A DNA stretch of 64,000 nt from Puniceicoccaceae bacterium (GCA_040224245.1 JBEGIR010000068.1:17283-81282), one strand, 5' to 3'; counted from the stretch's first letter, positions 8,608-19,283 are shown. Notes: generated by a model not told the origin, from the sequence alone. A program made the numbers and translations.

Positions 8608-10125
8608 ATGAACTCAAACCCATCTCCTTCCGATCAACCCATCGAGGACCATTCCCACGACTTGTTTGCAGTGCGCATGGACAAACTCAAAGCGATGGAA
8701 GCGGAAGGCGTCAGCCCCTTTTTCGCAAACTGTGAACAAACCCACACCTCTGCCCAGGCGGTCGCAGGTTACGTCGAAGGGGAATCACAGCCCACAGTCA
8801 AAGTAGCCGGACGCATTGTCACCTTTCGCGTGATGGGCAAGGCCAGTTTCATCAAGCTGCTCGACCGCGACGGTCGCATCCAGTGCTACGTCACCCGGGA
8901 TGACATAGGGGTCGAACTTTACCAGAAGTTCAAGAAGTACGACCTGGGGGATTTCCTCGGCGTAGAGGGTCCGCTCTTTGTCACCAAGACCGGAGAAGTG
9001 ACAGTTCGCGCGAAAAAAATTACGCTTGTATCCAAGTCCCTTCGTCCGCTGCCCGAAAAGTTTCACGGACTGTCAGACGAAGACCAGATCTACCGCCAGC
9101 GCTACCTCGACCTCATCGTCAACGAAAAATCCCGCCACACCTTGCAGACGCGCAGCCGCGTGATCCGTGAGATCCGCCAGTACCTGTGGGAACAGGACTT
9201 CAGCGAAGTCGAGACACCCGTTCTGCAAAGCATCTCGGGAGGTGCGGCGGCGCGTCCGTTTTTCACCAAATCCAATGCGCTCGGGGCCGATTTTTCGTTG
9301 CGCATCGCCCTCGAACTGCCCTTGAAACGCCTGCTGGTCGGTGGTTTTGACCGGGTGTTTGAAATCGGAAAAGTCTTCCGCAATGAAGGTATTTCGCGCC
9401 GACACAGCCCTGAGTTCACCATGCTGGAGGTGTACCAGGCCTACTCTGACTATCGGGGGATGATGCAGTTGTTCAAGGGCATGATCGACCGCATCTGCGA
9501 ACGCGTGCTTGGCACCTGGACCATCGAGCGTCCCGACGGAGAAACCATCGATCTCAAGGGCGATTGGAGGGAAGCGCGCTACAAGGATCTCATCATTGAC
9601 GCAACTGGAGATCCCGACTGGTTCACTCGCAGCAAGCAGGAAAAGCTCGCCAAGACCGCCAAACTCGGCATCGAAGTCAATCCCGATATCGAAGACTTTG
9701 AGGTGACCAACAATGTTTTTGAAAAACTGATCGAACCAACGCTCATCCAGCCGACCTTTGTAACGCACCTGCCCAAACAGCTCATCCCACTGGCCAAGCA
9801 GTCGCAGGATGACCCAGACACTGTTGAAGTCTTCGAACTGTGCATCAATGGACAGGAAATCGCGCCTGCCTACTCCGAGCAAAACGATCCCATCGCCCAG
9901 CGTGAGGCCTTTGAATTCCAGGCAGGAGAAGAGATTCAGAACATTGACCAGGATTTTCTGCTTGCCCTGGAGCATGGCATGCCGCCCGCGGGTGGCATGG
10001 GCGTCGGCATTGACCGACTGGTCATGATGCTCATGGGGACCAACAACCTGCGCGACACCATCCTCTTTCCCACGCTCAAACCCGGAAAATCCGAAATGGT
10101 CAAGATCGCTGAAGACGGGAAATAG
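8608..10125 (+). CDS. lysS: lysine--tRNA ligase (class II)
   Basis: 505-aa ORF with an N-terminal OB-fold region, the class II motifs FRNEGISRRHSPEFTMLE and GMPPAGGMGVGIDRLVMML, and full-length LysRS-like order. Confidence 0.97.
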   Translation: MNSNPSPSDQPIEDHSHDLFAVRMDKLKAMEAEGVSPFFANCEQTHTSAQAVAGYVEGESQPTVKVAGRIVTFRVMGKASFIKLLDRDGRIQCYVTRDDIGVELYQKFKKYDLGDFLGVEGPLFVTKTGEVTVRAKKITLVSKSLRPLPEKFHGLSDEDQIYRQRYLDLIVNEKSRHTLQTRSRVIREIRQYLWEQDFSEVETPVLQSISGGAAARPFFTKSNALGADFSLRIALELPLKRLLVGGFDRVFEIGKVFRNEGISRRHSPEFTMLEVYQAYSDYRGMMQLFKGMIDRICERVLGTWTIERPDGETIDLKGDWREARYKDLIIDATGDPDWFTRSKQEKLAKTAKLGIEVNPDIEDFEVTNNVFEKLIEPTLIQPTFVTHLPKQLIPLAKQSQDDPDTVEVFELCINGQEIAPAYSEQNDPIAQREAFEFQAGEEIQNIDQDFLLALEHGMPPAGGMGVGIDRLVMMLMGTNNLRDTILFPTLKPGKSEMVKIAEDGK

Positions 10126-10150
10126 GCGCTTGAGGGTGACGGCATCGCAT

Positions 10151-10173
10151 CGCTTCAAGTTACAATTGAAGCG
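10151..10173. terminator. hairpin between convergent lysS and the alpha/beta hydrolase gene
   Basis: cgcttcaa-gttacaa-ttgaagcg forms a perfect 8-bp stem. There is no U-tract on either side, so its function as a terminator is uncertain. Confidence 0.3.
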
Positions 10174-10185
10174 CTTGCCCTCTCC

Positions 10186-10977
10186 TCACAGCACCTCCCG
10201 AAGCAGGGACACAAATGCACCCGGATCCTCAAGATGCGGAGCATGTCCAACACCGGGAAGTGTCTGACAGCTGGCATTGCAGAACAGCGACTGCATTCGC
10301 TCGTGCAGTGATCGAAACTTCAGGTCGTGTTCACCCGCGATGAGATGGACCGGAAGCCGCACCTGATGCAAACGATCCCAAACGGGTTCGAGGCTGCCAT
10401 TGCTGAAATCGAGCAGACTCTGCGCAAGCGCTTCGGGATCGAGCAAATGCTTGCGCTGCAAACGTTGCTGGCTCCAGATCGACGACTGTGACAGCTGCGA
10501 CCGCAGAATTGGCTGGTCCAACCATGCTTTCAAAAAAGCATGCAAACCCTGTTCACGCAGAAGGGTTGCCCATTGCTGGTCGCACTGCCAGCGTAGGCTC
10601 CGCTGCTCGGAATCTTCAAGCCCCGCGCTCACCCCCACCAGAAACAGGGATGCAAATGGCCACTGCCATTCGAGCTGCGCCCGCAGCAACAGTCGCGCCC
10701 CCATCGAGTAGGCAAGCACACTTAACACTGCGCCGTCCGCGCTCGCTTCTTCAACCACCTGTGACACCTGTTCGCAAAAATGCCTCCAGCCCGTCAGATC
10801 GTCCGGTCGTCTGGCAGGACGCCACTCCCGAACATGTCCGGGAAGGGTCACAAAACGCCAGTCCAGCGACAGTTTCCCCGATTCATAAAGCGGCGCAAAA
10901 TCGTAGGGTTCGCCCGTGAATCCGTGCACGGCAAGCAGACGGCGGCGGGGTGAATTTTGAACAGCTCGGGATTTCAT
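10186..10977 (-). CDS. alpha/beta hydrolase (MenH-like)
   Basis: Only the C-terminal 263 aa of the 535-aa ORF look real, starting at MKSRAVQNSPRRRLLAVHGFTGEPYDF. They carry a nucleophile elbow (AYSMGARL) and a C-terminal GHAPHLEDP. The upstream part of the ORF is antisense to parA. Confidence 0.7.
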   Translation of the reverse strand: MKSRAVQNSPRRRLLAVHGFTGEPYDFAPLYESGKLSLDWRFVTLPGHVREWRPARRPDDLTGWRHFCEQVSQVVEEASADGAVLSVLAYSMGARLLLRAQLEWQWPFASLFLVGVSAGLEDSEQRSLRWQCDQQWATLLREQGLHAFLKAWLDQPILRSQLSQSSIWSQQRLQRKHLLDPEALAQSLLDFSNGSLEPVWDRLHQVRLPVHLIAGEHDLKFRSLHERMQSLFCNASCQTLPGVGHAPHLEDPGAFVSLLREVL

Positions 10978-11022
10978 TCTGGAAATTTGCGCGATGAACT
11001 GCAATAGGTAAGCAACACACCT

Positions 11023-11826
11023 ATGGCTGCAACAGTATTTACCATCGCAAATCAAAAAGGGGGCGTCGGCAAAACCACCACAGCCATCAATCTCGGTTCC
11101 GCTCTGGCCAACCGCTACATCGATACCCTGATTGTCGACATGGACCCCCAGGCCAACAGCACCAGTTGGTTGGGTTTTGAAAAGCGTGAGGGAGCCAGTA
11201 TCTACGGTCCCCTGCTTGGGGAGGGCACAGCCCAGGAGAAAATTCTCCCGACCAACAACGATCACCTCTTTCTCATTCCCTCGGAGCCAGACCTTGCCGC
11301 CATCGAAACGGAACTGGCCAACACTCCCAACTATCTCATTCAACTGCGCAAGGCTCTCGAATCCGTGATGCGCTCCTTTCGCTTTGACGCCATCATTCTC
11401 GATTGCCCACCCTCCACCGGACTCATTTCGATGAACGGACTCGCCGCTGCCGACTACCTGATGATTGCGCTGCAGTGCGAATACCTTGCCCTGGAGGGGC
11501 TTGGTCAGATCCTCAAAGTCATGGACCAGATCAAATCGGCTGGAGTGAATCCGAAACTGGAACTGGGTGGCATCATCATGACCATGTACGACCTGCGCAC
11601 CCGCCTCTCCCAGCAGGTCGTGGATGAAGTGAAAGAACATTTTCCCAACAATGTTTTCAATTCCATCATCCCGCGCAGCATCCGTCTTGCGGAGGCACCC
11701 AGTTTTGGAAAATCGATCTTCGAGTATGAGCCGAGTTCTCCGGGGGCACATGCCTACGACAACCTCGCACAGGAGGTGATCGCCAAGTTTCACCTCGATA
11801 AGGAAAAAAAACTCAAGCTGACCTGA
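11023..11826 (+). CDS. parA: ParA/Soj-family partitioning ATPase
   Basis: Deviant Walker A (IANQKGGVGKTTTAINLG), DMDPQAN, and typical ParA length (267 aa). Confidence 0.9.
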   Translation: MAATVFTIANQKGGVGKTTTAINLGSALANRYIDTLIVDMDPQANSTSWLGFEKREGASIYGPLLGEGTAQEKILPTNNDHLFLIPSEPDLAAIETELANTPNYLIQLRKALESVMRSFRFDAIILDCPPSTGLISMNGLAAADYLMIALQCEYLALEGLGQILKVMDQIKSAGVNPKLELGGIIMTMYDLRTRLSQQVVDEVKEHFPNNVFNSIIPRSIRLAEAPSFGKSIFEYEPSSPGAHAYDNLAQEVIAKFHLDKEKKLKLT

Positions 11827-11906
11827 TGCGAGAGACGATGCACTGTCAAATTGCAGTTCAAACTTCCGTTACAAACTCGTGCTGTGGGGTTCTGTGTTTA
11901 CCGTGA

Positions 11907-12719
11907 GTGGATGCGATCCGTGCCGGAATTCTCATGCTAAAGCGCGAAATCAGAGCCCTGCAGAAGACGCTGGCCTATCGATTTAAGAAACCGGAGTTGC
12001 TTGAACTCGCTCTCACTCACCCCTCGTTTGTTCAAGGCACCGCGCAAAGCGACCGCCACAATCAGCGCCTTGAGTTTCTCGGGGATTCGATTCTGGGCAT
12101 GATTGTATCCGTGGAGTTGTACAAAGCTTACCCGGACAAAAGGGAGGGATTTCTCACCAAAGCACGCTCCACGCTCTGTCATGGGAAAAACCTCACACAG
12201 ATGGCCAGAGAACTCGGCCTCGAACCCCATCTGCAGCTCGGCAAAGGCGAACAGCGAGCCCAAAGCAAAGACCGCAGTCAGATTCTTGGCGACTGCCTCG
12301 AGGCCGTTATCGGAGCGGTTTACCTGGATGGAGGTTACAAATCCGCACGCAACATGGTACTCAAATGGGTCCGATCCCAACTGGACGCGCTGGAAAGTGA
12401 GATGGAAACCATCAACTTCAAAGGCGCACTGCAGGAGTGGTCCCAATCCCATTGCGGAACCAATCGTTTCGAATACGAACTCGTTCGCACCGCCGGACCT
12501 GATCACGCCAAGGAATTCACAGTTCAGGTTCTGCTCGGTAACGAGGTGCTGGCAAGCGCAACGGGGTTTTCCAAAAAGGAAGCCGAATCGGGTGCAGCAG
12601 AACTGGCACTTGCCCGGATTCGCAGCAATGAAGCTCACTACCTGAGCAGGATCACGGATGCAGAAACCGGAACACCTCCCAGTGCGCCAGATGCGGAATT
12701 GCATCCGGACGAGAATTGA
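11907..12719 (+). CDS. rnc: ribonuclease III
   Basis: RNase III signature NQRLEFLGDSILG plus a C-terminal dsRBD (KEFTVQVLLGNEVLASATGFSKKEAESGAAELAL). The start is either the GTG at 11907 or the ATG at 11934. Confidence 0.95.
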   Translation: MDAIRAGILMLKREIRALQKTLAYRFKKPELLELALTHPSFVQGTAQSDRHNQRLEFLGDSILGMIVSVELYKAYPDKREGFLTKARSTLCHGKNLTQMARELGLEPHLQLGKGEQRAQSKDRSQILGDCLEAVIGAVYLDGGYKSARNMVLKWVRSQLDALESEMETINFKGALQEWSQSHCGTNRFEYELVRTAGPDHAKEFTVQVLLGNEVLASATGFSKKEAESGAAELALARIRSNEAHYLSRITDAETGTPPSAPDAELHPDEN

Positions 12720-12761
12720 ATCCCCGACCAGCGCAGTCGCCTCTCACAGATTCGCAACGCC

Positions 12762-15700
12762 GTGAAACCGATCACCCTACCCGATGTCTTTGAACGGAAA
12801 TGGATCGCGGGTGTCAGCGATGAAGCATTTCCAAGTGTGCTCATCGAACTGTGCCTGCGCCACACACAGCATCCCGTACACGTGGTTTGTTTCAAGGACA
12901 GTCGCACGCTTTCCCACAGCCTCAATGAGGTTGAGGCATTGCTCAGCCTTCCCCTGCCAGGCACTCCCGCCATCGACACCGTCGAACTGCCGTATCTTGA
13001 GGACTATCGTCACCTCGATTCCGTTCTGCTCGACAAGCAGTGTGATGTTGTTCGCACACTGGGACTCATCCAGCAGTGCCATTCGCGCCAGCGACCGCTG
13101 TTGATCTTCACCACCCCGGATGCACTGCTGCAGGAGTTACCGGATACGCGGGAAATCACCCAACATCAGCTCCATTTGAAAGTGGGACAAAGCATTGACT
13201 TTGAATCCCTGAAACAATCCCTCGCCGACCCGCTCGGATACGCGTATGAAGCCGTGTGCGAGCAACCCGGTCAATTTGCCGTGCGCGGCGGTCTCATCGA
13301 TGTCTATCCGGTCAATGAACTCACCCCCTATCGCATCGATTTTTTCGGCGATGAAATTGAGCACATCAAAACCTACGATCCCACAACGCAACTGACCGAT
13401 CAGAGCGTGGGTGAACTCCTGCTGCTGCCTCTCACCAATCCGACCTCACATGCTGACACAGCTGAAGCGACCTTGCTCACCCGATACCTCGATGTTCCCT
13501 GTGCCTGGTATTTTCGCAATACCGCCGAAATTGAATCTTGCCACGATTCCGGATTTCAAACCAGTGAACGCATTCAGGATGTTCACTCCCGCAAGATCTC
13601 CCGGTGCTGGCTCGACCGATCCCATGCCCGTGAGGATGTCTGGTTCGGCATCGATGAACTCGCAGAACATTCGGCACTTCTGCACTGTGTTCAACCCGAT
13701 GCGGAGCTCTCCTGCACGACCGTCAAGAACTGGCTCTCACACCAGCAGCTCGAAGACTTCCATCCCTCGGAAAAAGAAGCGGGTTTGCGGCAATACGAGC
13801 AGCAGTCCCTGCGGCAACTGCATCAGGCAGCGCTATCCACCTACCAGGTGGTGGTTGCGATCTCAAAACCTGATGAACAGGAGCGCTACATGCGCATGGT
13901 GCACGATGGAAACAAAGGGGGCATTCCCATTCAAATCGTTACCGGATCCATTCCTGCTGGCATCGTCTTTCAGCGACAGGAAAACGCGTTCTTTCCAGAG
14001 TGGTTGACCTGTGACCATCCACAGGCAAAGGGCGTGATCCTGGTCTCCGAAGCCGACCTGCATCCCTACTTGCGCATCCGCATCGGTCGTCGAAGCCAGC
14101 GCCGGGCCGTAGAAATCTCCCAGGTCGACCAGATGCTCGACTTCACCGAACTGTCCGACGGCGACCTGCTTGTTCACCAGCAGCACGGCATCTGCATCTT
14201 TCGCGGCATTCACGTGCTCGATTTTTCCTCCAACCGTGAGTCGCTCTCACTTGAGTTTGCCGAGGGTTCCATGCTGCACGTACCCCTGACGGAAACCCAC
14301 CAACTGACGCGCTATATCGGACTGACCAAACGCAACCCCAAGCTGGGAAAACTGGGATCCAATCAATGGGAGAAGGAACGCAAGGCCGCTGAGCGTTCCA
14401 CCGTGGAACTGGCGGCTGAACTGCTGACACTGCAAGCACACCGGGACAGTGTCGAAGGCTTTGCCTACCCTCCTGATGATGAGTGGATGAAACAGTTCGA
14501 AAAGGCGTTTCCCTATACAGAAACTCCAGACCAGCTCACCGCCATCCACCAGTGCAAACACGACATGGAACGCGTGCGCCCCATGGATCGGCTCATCTGT
14601 GGGGATGTTGGGTTTGGCAAGACGGAAGTTGCCATGCGCGCCGCATTCAAGGCACTGGAAGCAGGCAAACAGGTCGCGGTTCTCGTACCCACCACCGTGC
14701 TCTGCCAACAACATTACCATTCCTTTCGGGAACGCATGGCCCACTTTCCTGTGACCTTGGACATGGTCAGCGGCTTTCGCTCACCCAGTGAACAGAAAAA
14801 CACACTGAAACGGCTCAAGACCGGACAGGTTGATCTGGTGATCGGCACCCATCGTCTGCTGAGCAAGGATGTCGCCTTTCACGACCTTGGACTCATTGTG
14901 ATCGATGAGGAACACCGCTTCGGGGTGAAGCAGAAAGAACGATTGAAACAGCTCTCGACCACTGTGGATGTGCTGACACTGAGCGCTACGCCGATCCCGC
15001 GCACGCTCTACATGGCGCTCGCAGGTGCCCGCGATCTCAGCGTCATCGAAACACCACCGCGCAACCGCCTTCCCATCGAAACCCTTGTGCGAAACTACAG
15101 TGATGAGATCGTTGATGCAGCAATCCGCACCGAGATCGCCCGGGGTGGACAAGTCTTTTACCTGCACAACCGCGTGCAGACAATTGACCGTGTAGCCACC
15201 GCAATACAGACACGCAATCCATCCCTGCGCGTCGTAGTGGGCCACGGTCAAATGGAGCGGCAGGAGCTGGAACACATCATGACCGAATTTGTCGATGGAG
15301 CCTTCGATGTCATGGTGTGCACCACGATCATCGAATCCGGACTGGACATTCCCAACTGCAACACACTCATCATCGAAGGTGCCGACAAGTTTGGTCTGGC
15401 GCAGATCTATCAGATCCGCGGACGAGTGGGTCGTTTCAACCGACAGGCCTATGCCTACCTGCTGCTGCACGGCCGCAAACCTGTCGCAAGTGTCGCGCGC
15501 AAACGGTTGTCAGCGATCCAGCAGTACAACGAACTGGGCGCTGGCTACCGCATCGCCATGCGCGACCTCGAACTGCGCGGTGCAGGCAACATTCTGGGCG
15601 CAGCGCAGAGTGGTCACATCGCAGGGGTCGGATTCGAACTGTACTGTCGCCTGCTCAAGCAGAGCATTGCCCGATTCCGCGATGGCAGTGGAGCTGCGCT

Positions 15701-16193
15701 GGTACGTGCAACGGTAAACCTGGACTTTGCCCGCTATGGCGAACCCTCACCGACCCAGGCCGTGGCGACAAAGGAGGTGCGTTCCAACTACGCCATCCTG
15801 AAAGATTCCGAGTCAGAATCCTGGGTCGAACCCATCTATGCCTATATTCCAGCTCCGTATATTCACGAAACCAAGCTTCGCATCGAAACCTATCGCAAAC
15901 TGGCTTCGGCTGCCTCTCTGGATGAAGTGAAACAGATTCGCGCCGCCATGATCGACCGTTTTGGCAAAATTCCGGACGAAACCGAAGCACTCATCCGCAT
16001 CTCGGCAATTCGTTGCCTTGCCGAGCAGAAAAACATTGCCTCAGTCGAGTGCAATAAGGGAAGACTGATGTTGCGCATCGCGCACACCCGAACCCCCGAA
16101 TATCACAAAACCGGAACCCACTTTCCCCGCTTGACGAAAAAGAAGCCGCTCCTACTATTGAACGACTGCCTCAGCTTTTTGTCGAAGTTGTAA
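12762..16193 (+). CDS. mfd: transcription-repair coupling factor
   Basis: 1143-aa ORF (GTG start) with the CarD-like region, helicase motifs [15 protein letters not shown] and DEEHRFG, and a C-terminal TRCF domain. Confidence 0.97.
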   Translation: MKPITLPDVFERKWIAGVSDEAFPSVLIELCLRHTQHPVHVVCFKDSRTLSHSLNEVEALLSLPLPGTPAIDTVELPYLEDYRHLDSVLLDKQCDVVRTLGLIQQCHSRQRPLLIFTTPDALLQELPDTREITQHQLHLKVGQSIDFESLKQSLADPLGYAYEAVCEQPGQFAVRGGLIDVYPVNELTPYRIDFFGDEIEHIKTYDPTTQLTDQSVGELLLLPLTNPTSHADTAEATLLTRYLDVPCAWYFRNTAEIESCHDSGFQTSERIQDVHSRKISRCWLDRSHAREDVWFGIDELAEHSALLHCVQPDAELSCTTVKNWLSHQQLEDFHPSEKEAGLRQYEQQSLRQLHQAALSTYQVVVAISKPDEQERYMRMVHDGNKGGIPIQIVTGSIPAGIVFQRQENAFFPEWLTCDHPQAKGVILVSEADLHPYLRIRIGRRSQRRAVEISQVDQMLDFTELSDGDLLVHQQHGICIFRGIHVLDFSSNRESLSLEFAEGSMLHVPLTETHQLTRYIGLTKRNPKLGKLGSNQWEKERKAAERSTVELAAELLTLQAHRDSVEGFAYPPDDEWMKQFEKAFPYTETPDQLTAIHQCKHDMERVRPMDRLICGDVGFGKTEVAMRAAFKALEAGKQVAVLVPTTVLCQQHYHSFRERMAHFPVTLDMVSGFRSPSEQKNTLKRLKTGQVDLVIGTHRLLSKDVAFHDLGLIVIDEEHRFGVKQKERLKQLSTTVDVLTLSATPIPRTLYMALAGARDLSVIETPPRNRLPIETLVRNYSDEIVDAAIRTEIARGGQVFYLHNRVQTIDRVATAIQTRNPSLRVVVGHGQMERQELEHIMTEFVDGAFDVMVCTTIIESGLDIPNCNTLIIEGADKFGLAQIYQIRGRVGRFNRQAYAYLLLHGRKPVASVARKRLSAIQQYNELGAGYRIAMRDLELRGAGNILGAAQSGHIAGVGFELYCRLLKQSIARFRDGSGAALVRATVNLDFARYGEPSPTQAVATKEVRSNYAILKDSESESWVEPIYAYIPAPYIHETKLRIETYRKLASAASLDEVKQIRAAMIDRFGKIPDETEALIRISAIRCLAEQKNIASVECNKGRLMLRIAHTRTPEYHKTGTHFPRLTKKKPLLLLNDCLSFLSKL

Positions 16194-16212
16194 CCGATTT
16201 TTCATAACCAAC

Positions 16213-17211
16213 ATGCTACGTCACTGGATCACATTCATCATTACCTTCGGAGCACTCGCTGGCAGCAGCTTGCTGACAGCTCAGGAAAACATTACGCCCT
16301 GGGAAGATCCAATGGCCAATGGCATCGCAGCCAATGTGGAAGGTCGCATCATCACCTTTTCCGAGATTCGTCGGGAAATGGCGCCCCTGATTCCCCAGGT
16401 CATTCGTGAGTCGCGCACACGATCTGAAATGACGGAAAACCTGAACAATCTGGCGAAGGAAATCCTGCAAAACCTCATCGACCGCATTCTGATTGTTCGC
16501 GAGTATGAGCAGCAGGAGAAGTTCAAGATCCCGCAGTCCTATGTGGAGAACGAATTTGACGACACATTGATCCGAGATTTTGACAACGACCGTTCCCGCT
16601 TCCTGGAGTACCTGCGCTCGCAAAACATGACCATTCGCGAATTCCGCCGCGACCTTCAGGAGAACATCATTGTGAGCGTCATGCGCTCGCAGATGCGTCG
16701 TTCCATGTCGAAGATCAGTCCGGAAAAAATCGAACAGTATTACGTGGAAAACAAAATCCAGTTCTTTCAGGAGGAACAGGTGCACCTGCGCCAGATCGTA
16801 CTGCGGGCAAAGAGCCAGGATCTGATGAATCTGACGCTGGAAAAGGCAAAAAACATCATTTACGAACTCGACCAGGGTGCCCGTTTCATCGACATGGCAA
16901 CGGAACACAGTGAAGATACCATGGCCGACAAGGGCGGAGACTGGGGCTGGGTTCAGCGCTCGGACATCCGCAAGGAACTTGGCGATGTCGCCTTCAACCT
17001 CAAGGCCAACGAATACTCACGCGAACCCATCGTCATGGGCAATCACGTCTTCATTCTTTATGTCGAAGAAATTCGTCCCGAGGGCATCCAACCCCTGGAA
17101 GAGGTGCGCGAGTTGATTGAAAACCGCATCATGACCTCGATCTCACGTGAGGCGCAAAGCAAGTGGGTCAATCGTCTCCGGGAAAAGGCCTACATCCGGT
17201 ATTACATCTGA
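16213..17211 (+). CDS. SurA-like periplasmic peptidyl-prolyl isomerase (PpiC/parvulin type)
   Basis: Signal peptide, a SurA-N-like helical region, then a parvulin domain (VHLRQIVL...GGDWGWVQRSDIRKELGDVAF...HVFILYVEE). Confidence 0.8.
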   Translation: MLRHWITFIITFGALAGSSLLTAQENITPWEDPMANGIAANVEGRIITFSEIRREMAPLIPQVIRESRTRSEMTENLNNLAKEILQNLIDRILIVREYEQQEKFKIPQSYVENEFDDTLIRDFDNDRSRFLEYLRSQNMTIREFRRDLQENIIVSVMRSQMRRSMSKISPEKIEQYYVENKIQFFQEEQVHLRQIVLRAKSQDLMNLTLEKAKNIIYELDQGARFIDMATEHSEDTMADKGGDWGWVQRSDIRKELGDVAFNLKANEYSREPIVMGNHVFILYVEEIRPEGIQPLEEVRELIENRIMTSISREAQSKWVNRLREKAYIRYYI

Positions 17212-17267
17212 AGTGACGCCACTAGGGCAGCCTTGCCAGGCGGCGCACATCGTAATACCGGCAATTC

Positions 17268-18071
17268 ATGACCGCAACTACGGGATCCATGCAGTTTCTA
17301 ATCGACACACTGCAATCCCAAGCGCCCGAAACCGTCTGGGTGATTTTGCTGCTCTTTGCGTATGCCTCCCTGCTTGTGATGCTGCGCTGTTTTGGAGTCT
17401 GGGGCGTGACAATCTACATGGCCATTACCCTGATTGCTGCAAACCTGCAGGTTCTGAAGACCGTTCAGTTTTCCATCTGGGAATCTCCGGTGGCCCTGGG
17501 CACAGTTCTCTTTTCCACGACCTTTCTCTGTACCGACATCCTCTCCGAATATTTCAGTCCAAAGGATGCACGTCGCGCTGTGTATTTGGGCTTTGCCGGA
17601 ATGGTGCTGCTGACTGCCTTCATGCTGCTTGCCATCGGATTTCGCCCACTGGACCCATCCATGCGGGATTCCCCATGGGCATGGGGGCTTGAGAATCATG
17701 AGCATCTCAGTGCAGTTTTCCTTCCCATTCCGTCCATCCTGTTGGCGGGATTTATCGCCTACCTCTGCAGTCAGATTCTCGACATCTGGATCTACCAACG
17801 CATCCGGACCCTCACCCAGAGTCGCTATCGCTGGCTGCGCAATAACGTTTCAACCTGGATCTCTGCACTCATCGATAACACCATTTTCAGCATACTCGCG
17901 TGGCTCGTCTTCGCTCCCGAGCCGATGCAATGGGGCGTGGTCGTGCACACCTACATCCTTGGCACTTACGTGCTTCGCGTAGCGGTGGCATTGCTCGACA
18001 CACCGATTCTCTACCTCGCCGGCCACTGTCTGCCACGTACTACGGCACGCCCCACAGGCGCTGTCACCTGA
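17268..18071 (+). CDS. yhhQ: queuosine-precursor transporter (YhhQ / DUF165 family)
   Basis: Polytopic membrane ORF. LFSTTFLCTDILSEYF, YLCSQILDIWIYQRIR and NNVSTWISALIDNTIFSILAW parallel E. coli YhhQ. It lies 13 nt upstream of tgt. Confidence 0.85.
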   Translation: MTATTGSMQFLIDTLQSQAPETVWVILLLFAYASLLVMLRCFGVWGVTIYMAITLIAANLQVLKTVQFSIWESPVALGTVLFSTTFLCTDILSEYFSPKDARRAVYLGFAGMVLLTAFMLLAIGFRPLDPSMRDSPWAWGLENHEHLSAVFLPIPSILLAGFIAYLCSQILDIWIYQRIRTLTQSRYRWLRNNVSTWISALIDNTIFSILAWLVFAPEPMQWGVVVHTYILGTYVLRVAVALLDTPILYLAGHCLPRTTARPTGAVT

Positions 18072-18084
18072 TTTTTCAACAACC

Positions 18085-19269
18085 ATGGACCTTCACCCGG
18101 ATCTTCATTTCAACATCACACATCAAAGCGGAGGGAAACACGCCCGCACGGGCATACTCTCCACACCCCACGGTGCCATTGAAACCCCCAACTTCATTTT
18201 TTGCGCCACCAAGGGAGCAATCAAGGGCCTCACCATGGATCAGATGCGGGAATGCGGTGCCCAAATCATTCTCGCCAACACCTATCACCTGTTTCTCAAT
18301 CCGGGCGGAGCATTTCTGGAGCGTCAGGGAGGCATCCATCGCATCAGTGACTGGACAGGGCCGATGTTGACCGATTCTGGCGGATTTCAAATCTTCAGCC
18401 TGGGCAACGGATGGGTGGCCGATGAGATTAAAGGAAAGCGTGTACACCAGTCCGAAAAAAAACTGGTCAAAATCACTGAAGAAGGTGCCCACTTCATCTC
18501 CTACGTCGATGGCACATCCCACTACCTCACACCGGAACTATCGATCCAGACACAACTCCAGATCGGAGCCGACCTGATTGTCGTACTCGATGAGTGCAGT
18601 CCCTACAATGTAAGCCGGGACTACACCGCCAACTCCATGGAGTTGAGCCACCGCTGGGAGACCCGGAGTCTCGAGGAATACCTCCGCCGTTCTGACGGAC
18701 GGCAGGGACTGTATGGCATTGTGCAGGGCGGCGTTTACGAAGACCTTCGCCGCGTCAGTGCGGAGTATGTGAACAGTCAGCCGTTTTTCGGTCAGGCCAT
18801 CGGAGGTTGCCTTGGTGGGACCCGAGAGGAAATGTATGAGGTCGTGCACCACGCGGCCCGATACCTGCGCAAGGATCGCCCCACCCACCTGCTCGGCATC
18901 GGAGGGGTGGAAGACATTTGGAACGGAATCCATCACGGCATCGACACGTTCGACTGTGTGCATCCTACCCGCATTGCACGCCACGGAGGCGCGCTCGTGC
19001 GACCTTGCGAACACGGGGGAAAGAGCAATCTCAACCTTCGCAATGCCTGCTTCAAAAACGACGATGCACCCCTTGATGAGCGCCTGCCCTGCAAGGCATC
19101 CAACAGCTTTTCCCGCTCCTACATCCACTATCTTATCCGAACAGGTGAGATGCTTGGAATGCAGTTGCTGACCATGCACAATGTTTGTTTCATGATGGAG
19201 TTGATGCGATCTGTGCGTCAGTCCATCCGGGAGAACCGCATCGATCAGGAGCGGCAAAACTGGATCTGA
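18085..19269 (+). CDS. tgt: tRNA-guanine transglycosylase (divergent zinc site and substrate pocket)
   Basis: HARTGILSTPHGAIETPNF, LTDSGGFQIFSL, VLDECSPY, LYGIVQGGVYEDLR and DCVHPTRIARHG align along the whole length with bacterial TGT. The canonical CxCxxC zinc motif reads LPCKASNS here. Confidence 0.9.
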   Translation: MDLHPDLHFNITHQSGGKHARTGILSTPHGAIETPNFIFCATKGAIKGLTMDQMRECGAQIILANTYHLFLNPGGAFLERQGGIHRISDWTGPMLTDSGGFQIFSLGNGWVADEIKGKRVHQSEKKLVKITEEGAHFISYVDGTSHYLTPELSIQTQLQIGADLIVVLDECSPYNVSRDYTANSMELSHRWETRSLEEYLRRSDGRQGLYGIVQGGVYEDLRRVSAEYVNSQPFFGQAIGGCLGGTREEMYEVVHHAARYLRKDRPTHLLGIGGVEDIWNGIHHGIDTFDCVHPTRIARHGGALVRPCEHGGKSNLNLRNACFKNDDAPLDERLPCKASNSFSRSYIHYLIRTGEMLGMQLLTMHNVCFMMELMRSVRQSIRENRIDQERQNWI

Positions 19270-19283
19270 AACATTCCCTGTCC

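Noticed and set aside
9073-10158. 361-aa minus-strand ORF
   Set aside because: It is entirely antisense to the clearly genuine lysS and has a low-complexity, Arg/Gly/Val-rich composition typical of shadow ORFs in GC-rich DNA.
10978-11793. N-terminal 270 aa of the 535-aa minus-strand ORF (10186-11793)
   Set aside because: This part is antisense to parA and has no protein-like motifs. The alpha/beta hydrolase similarity begins at the internal ATG at 10977.
16216-16908. 230-aa minus-strand ORF
   Set aside because: Antisense to the SurA-like PPIase gene, with no motif support.
17212-17267. Possible preQ1 riboswitch upstream of yhhQ
   Set aside because: I looked for the small preQ1-I/II hairpin with an A-rich tail and ACUA-type pairing. 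The 56-nt leader (…ccactagggcagccttgccaggcggcgcacatcg…) does not show it.
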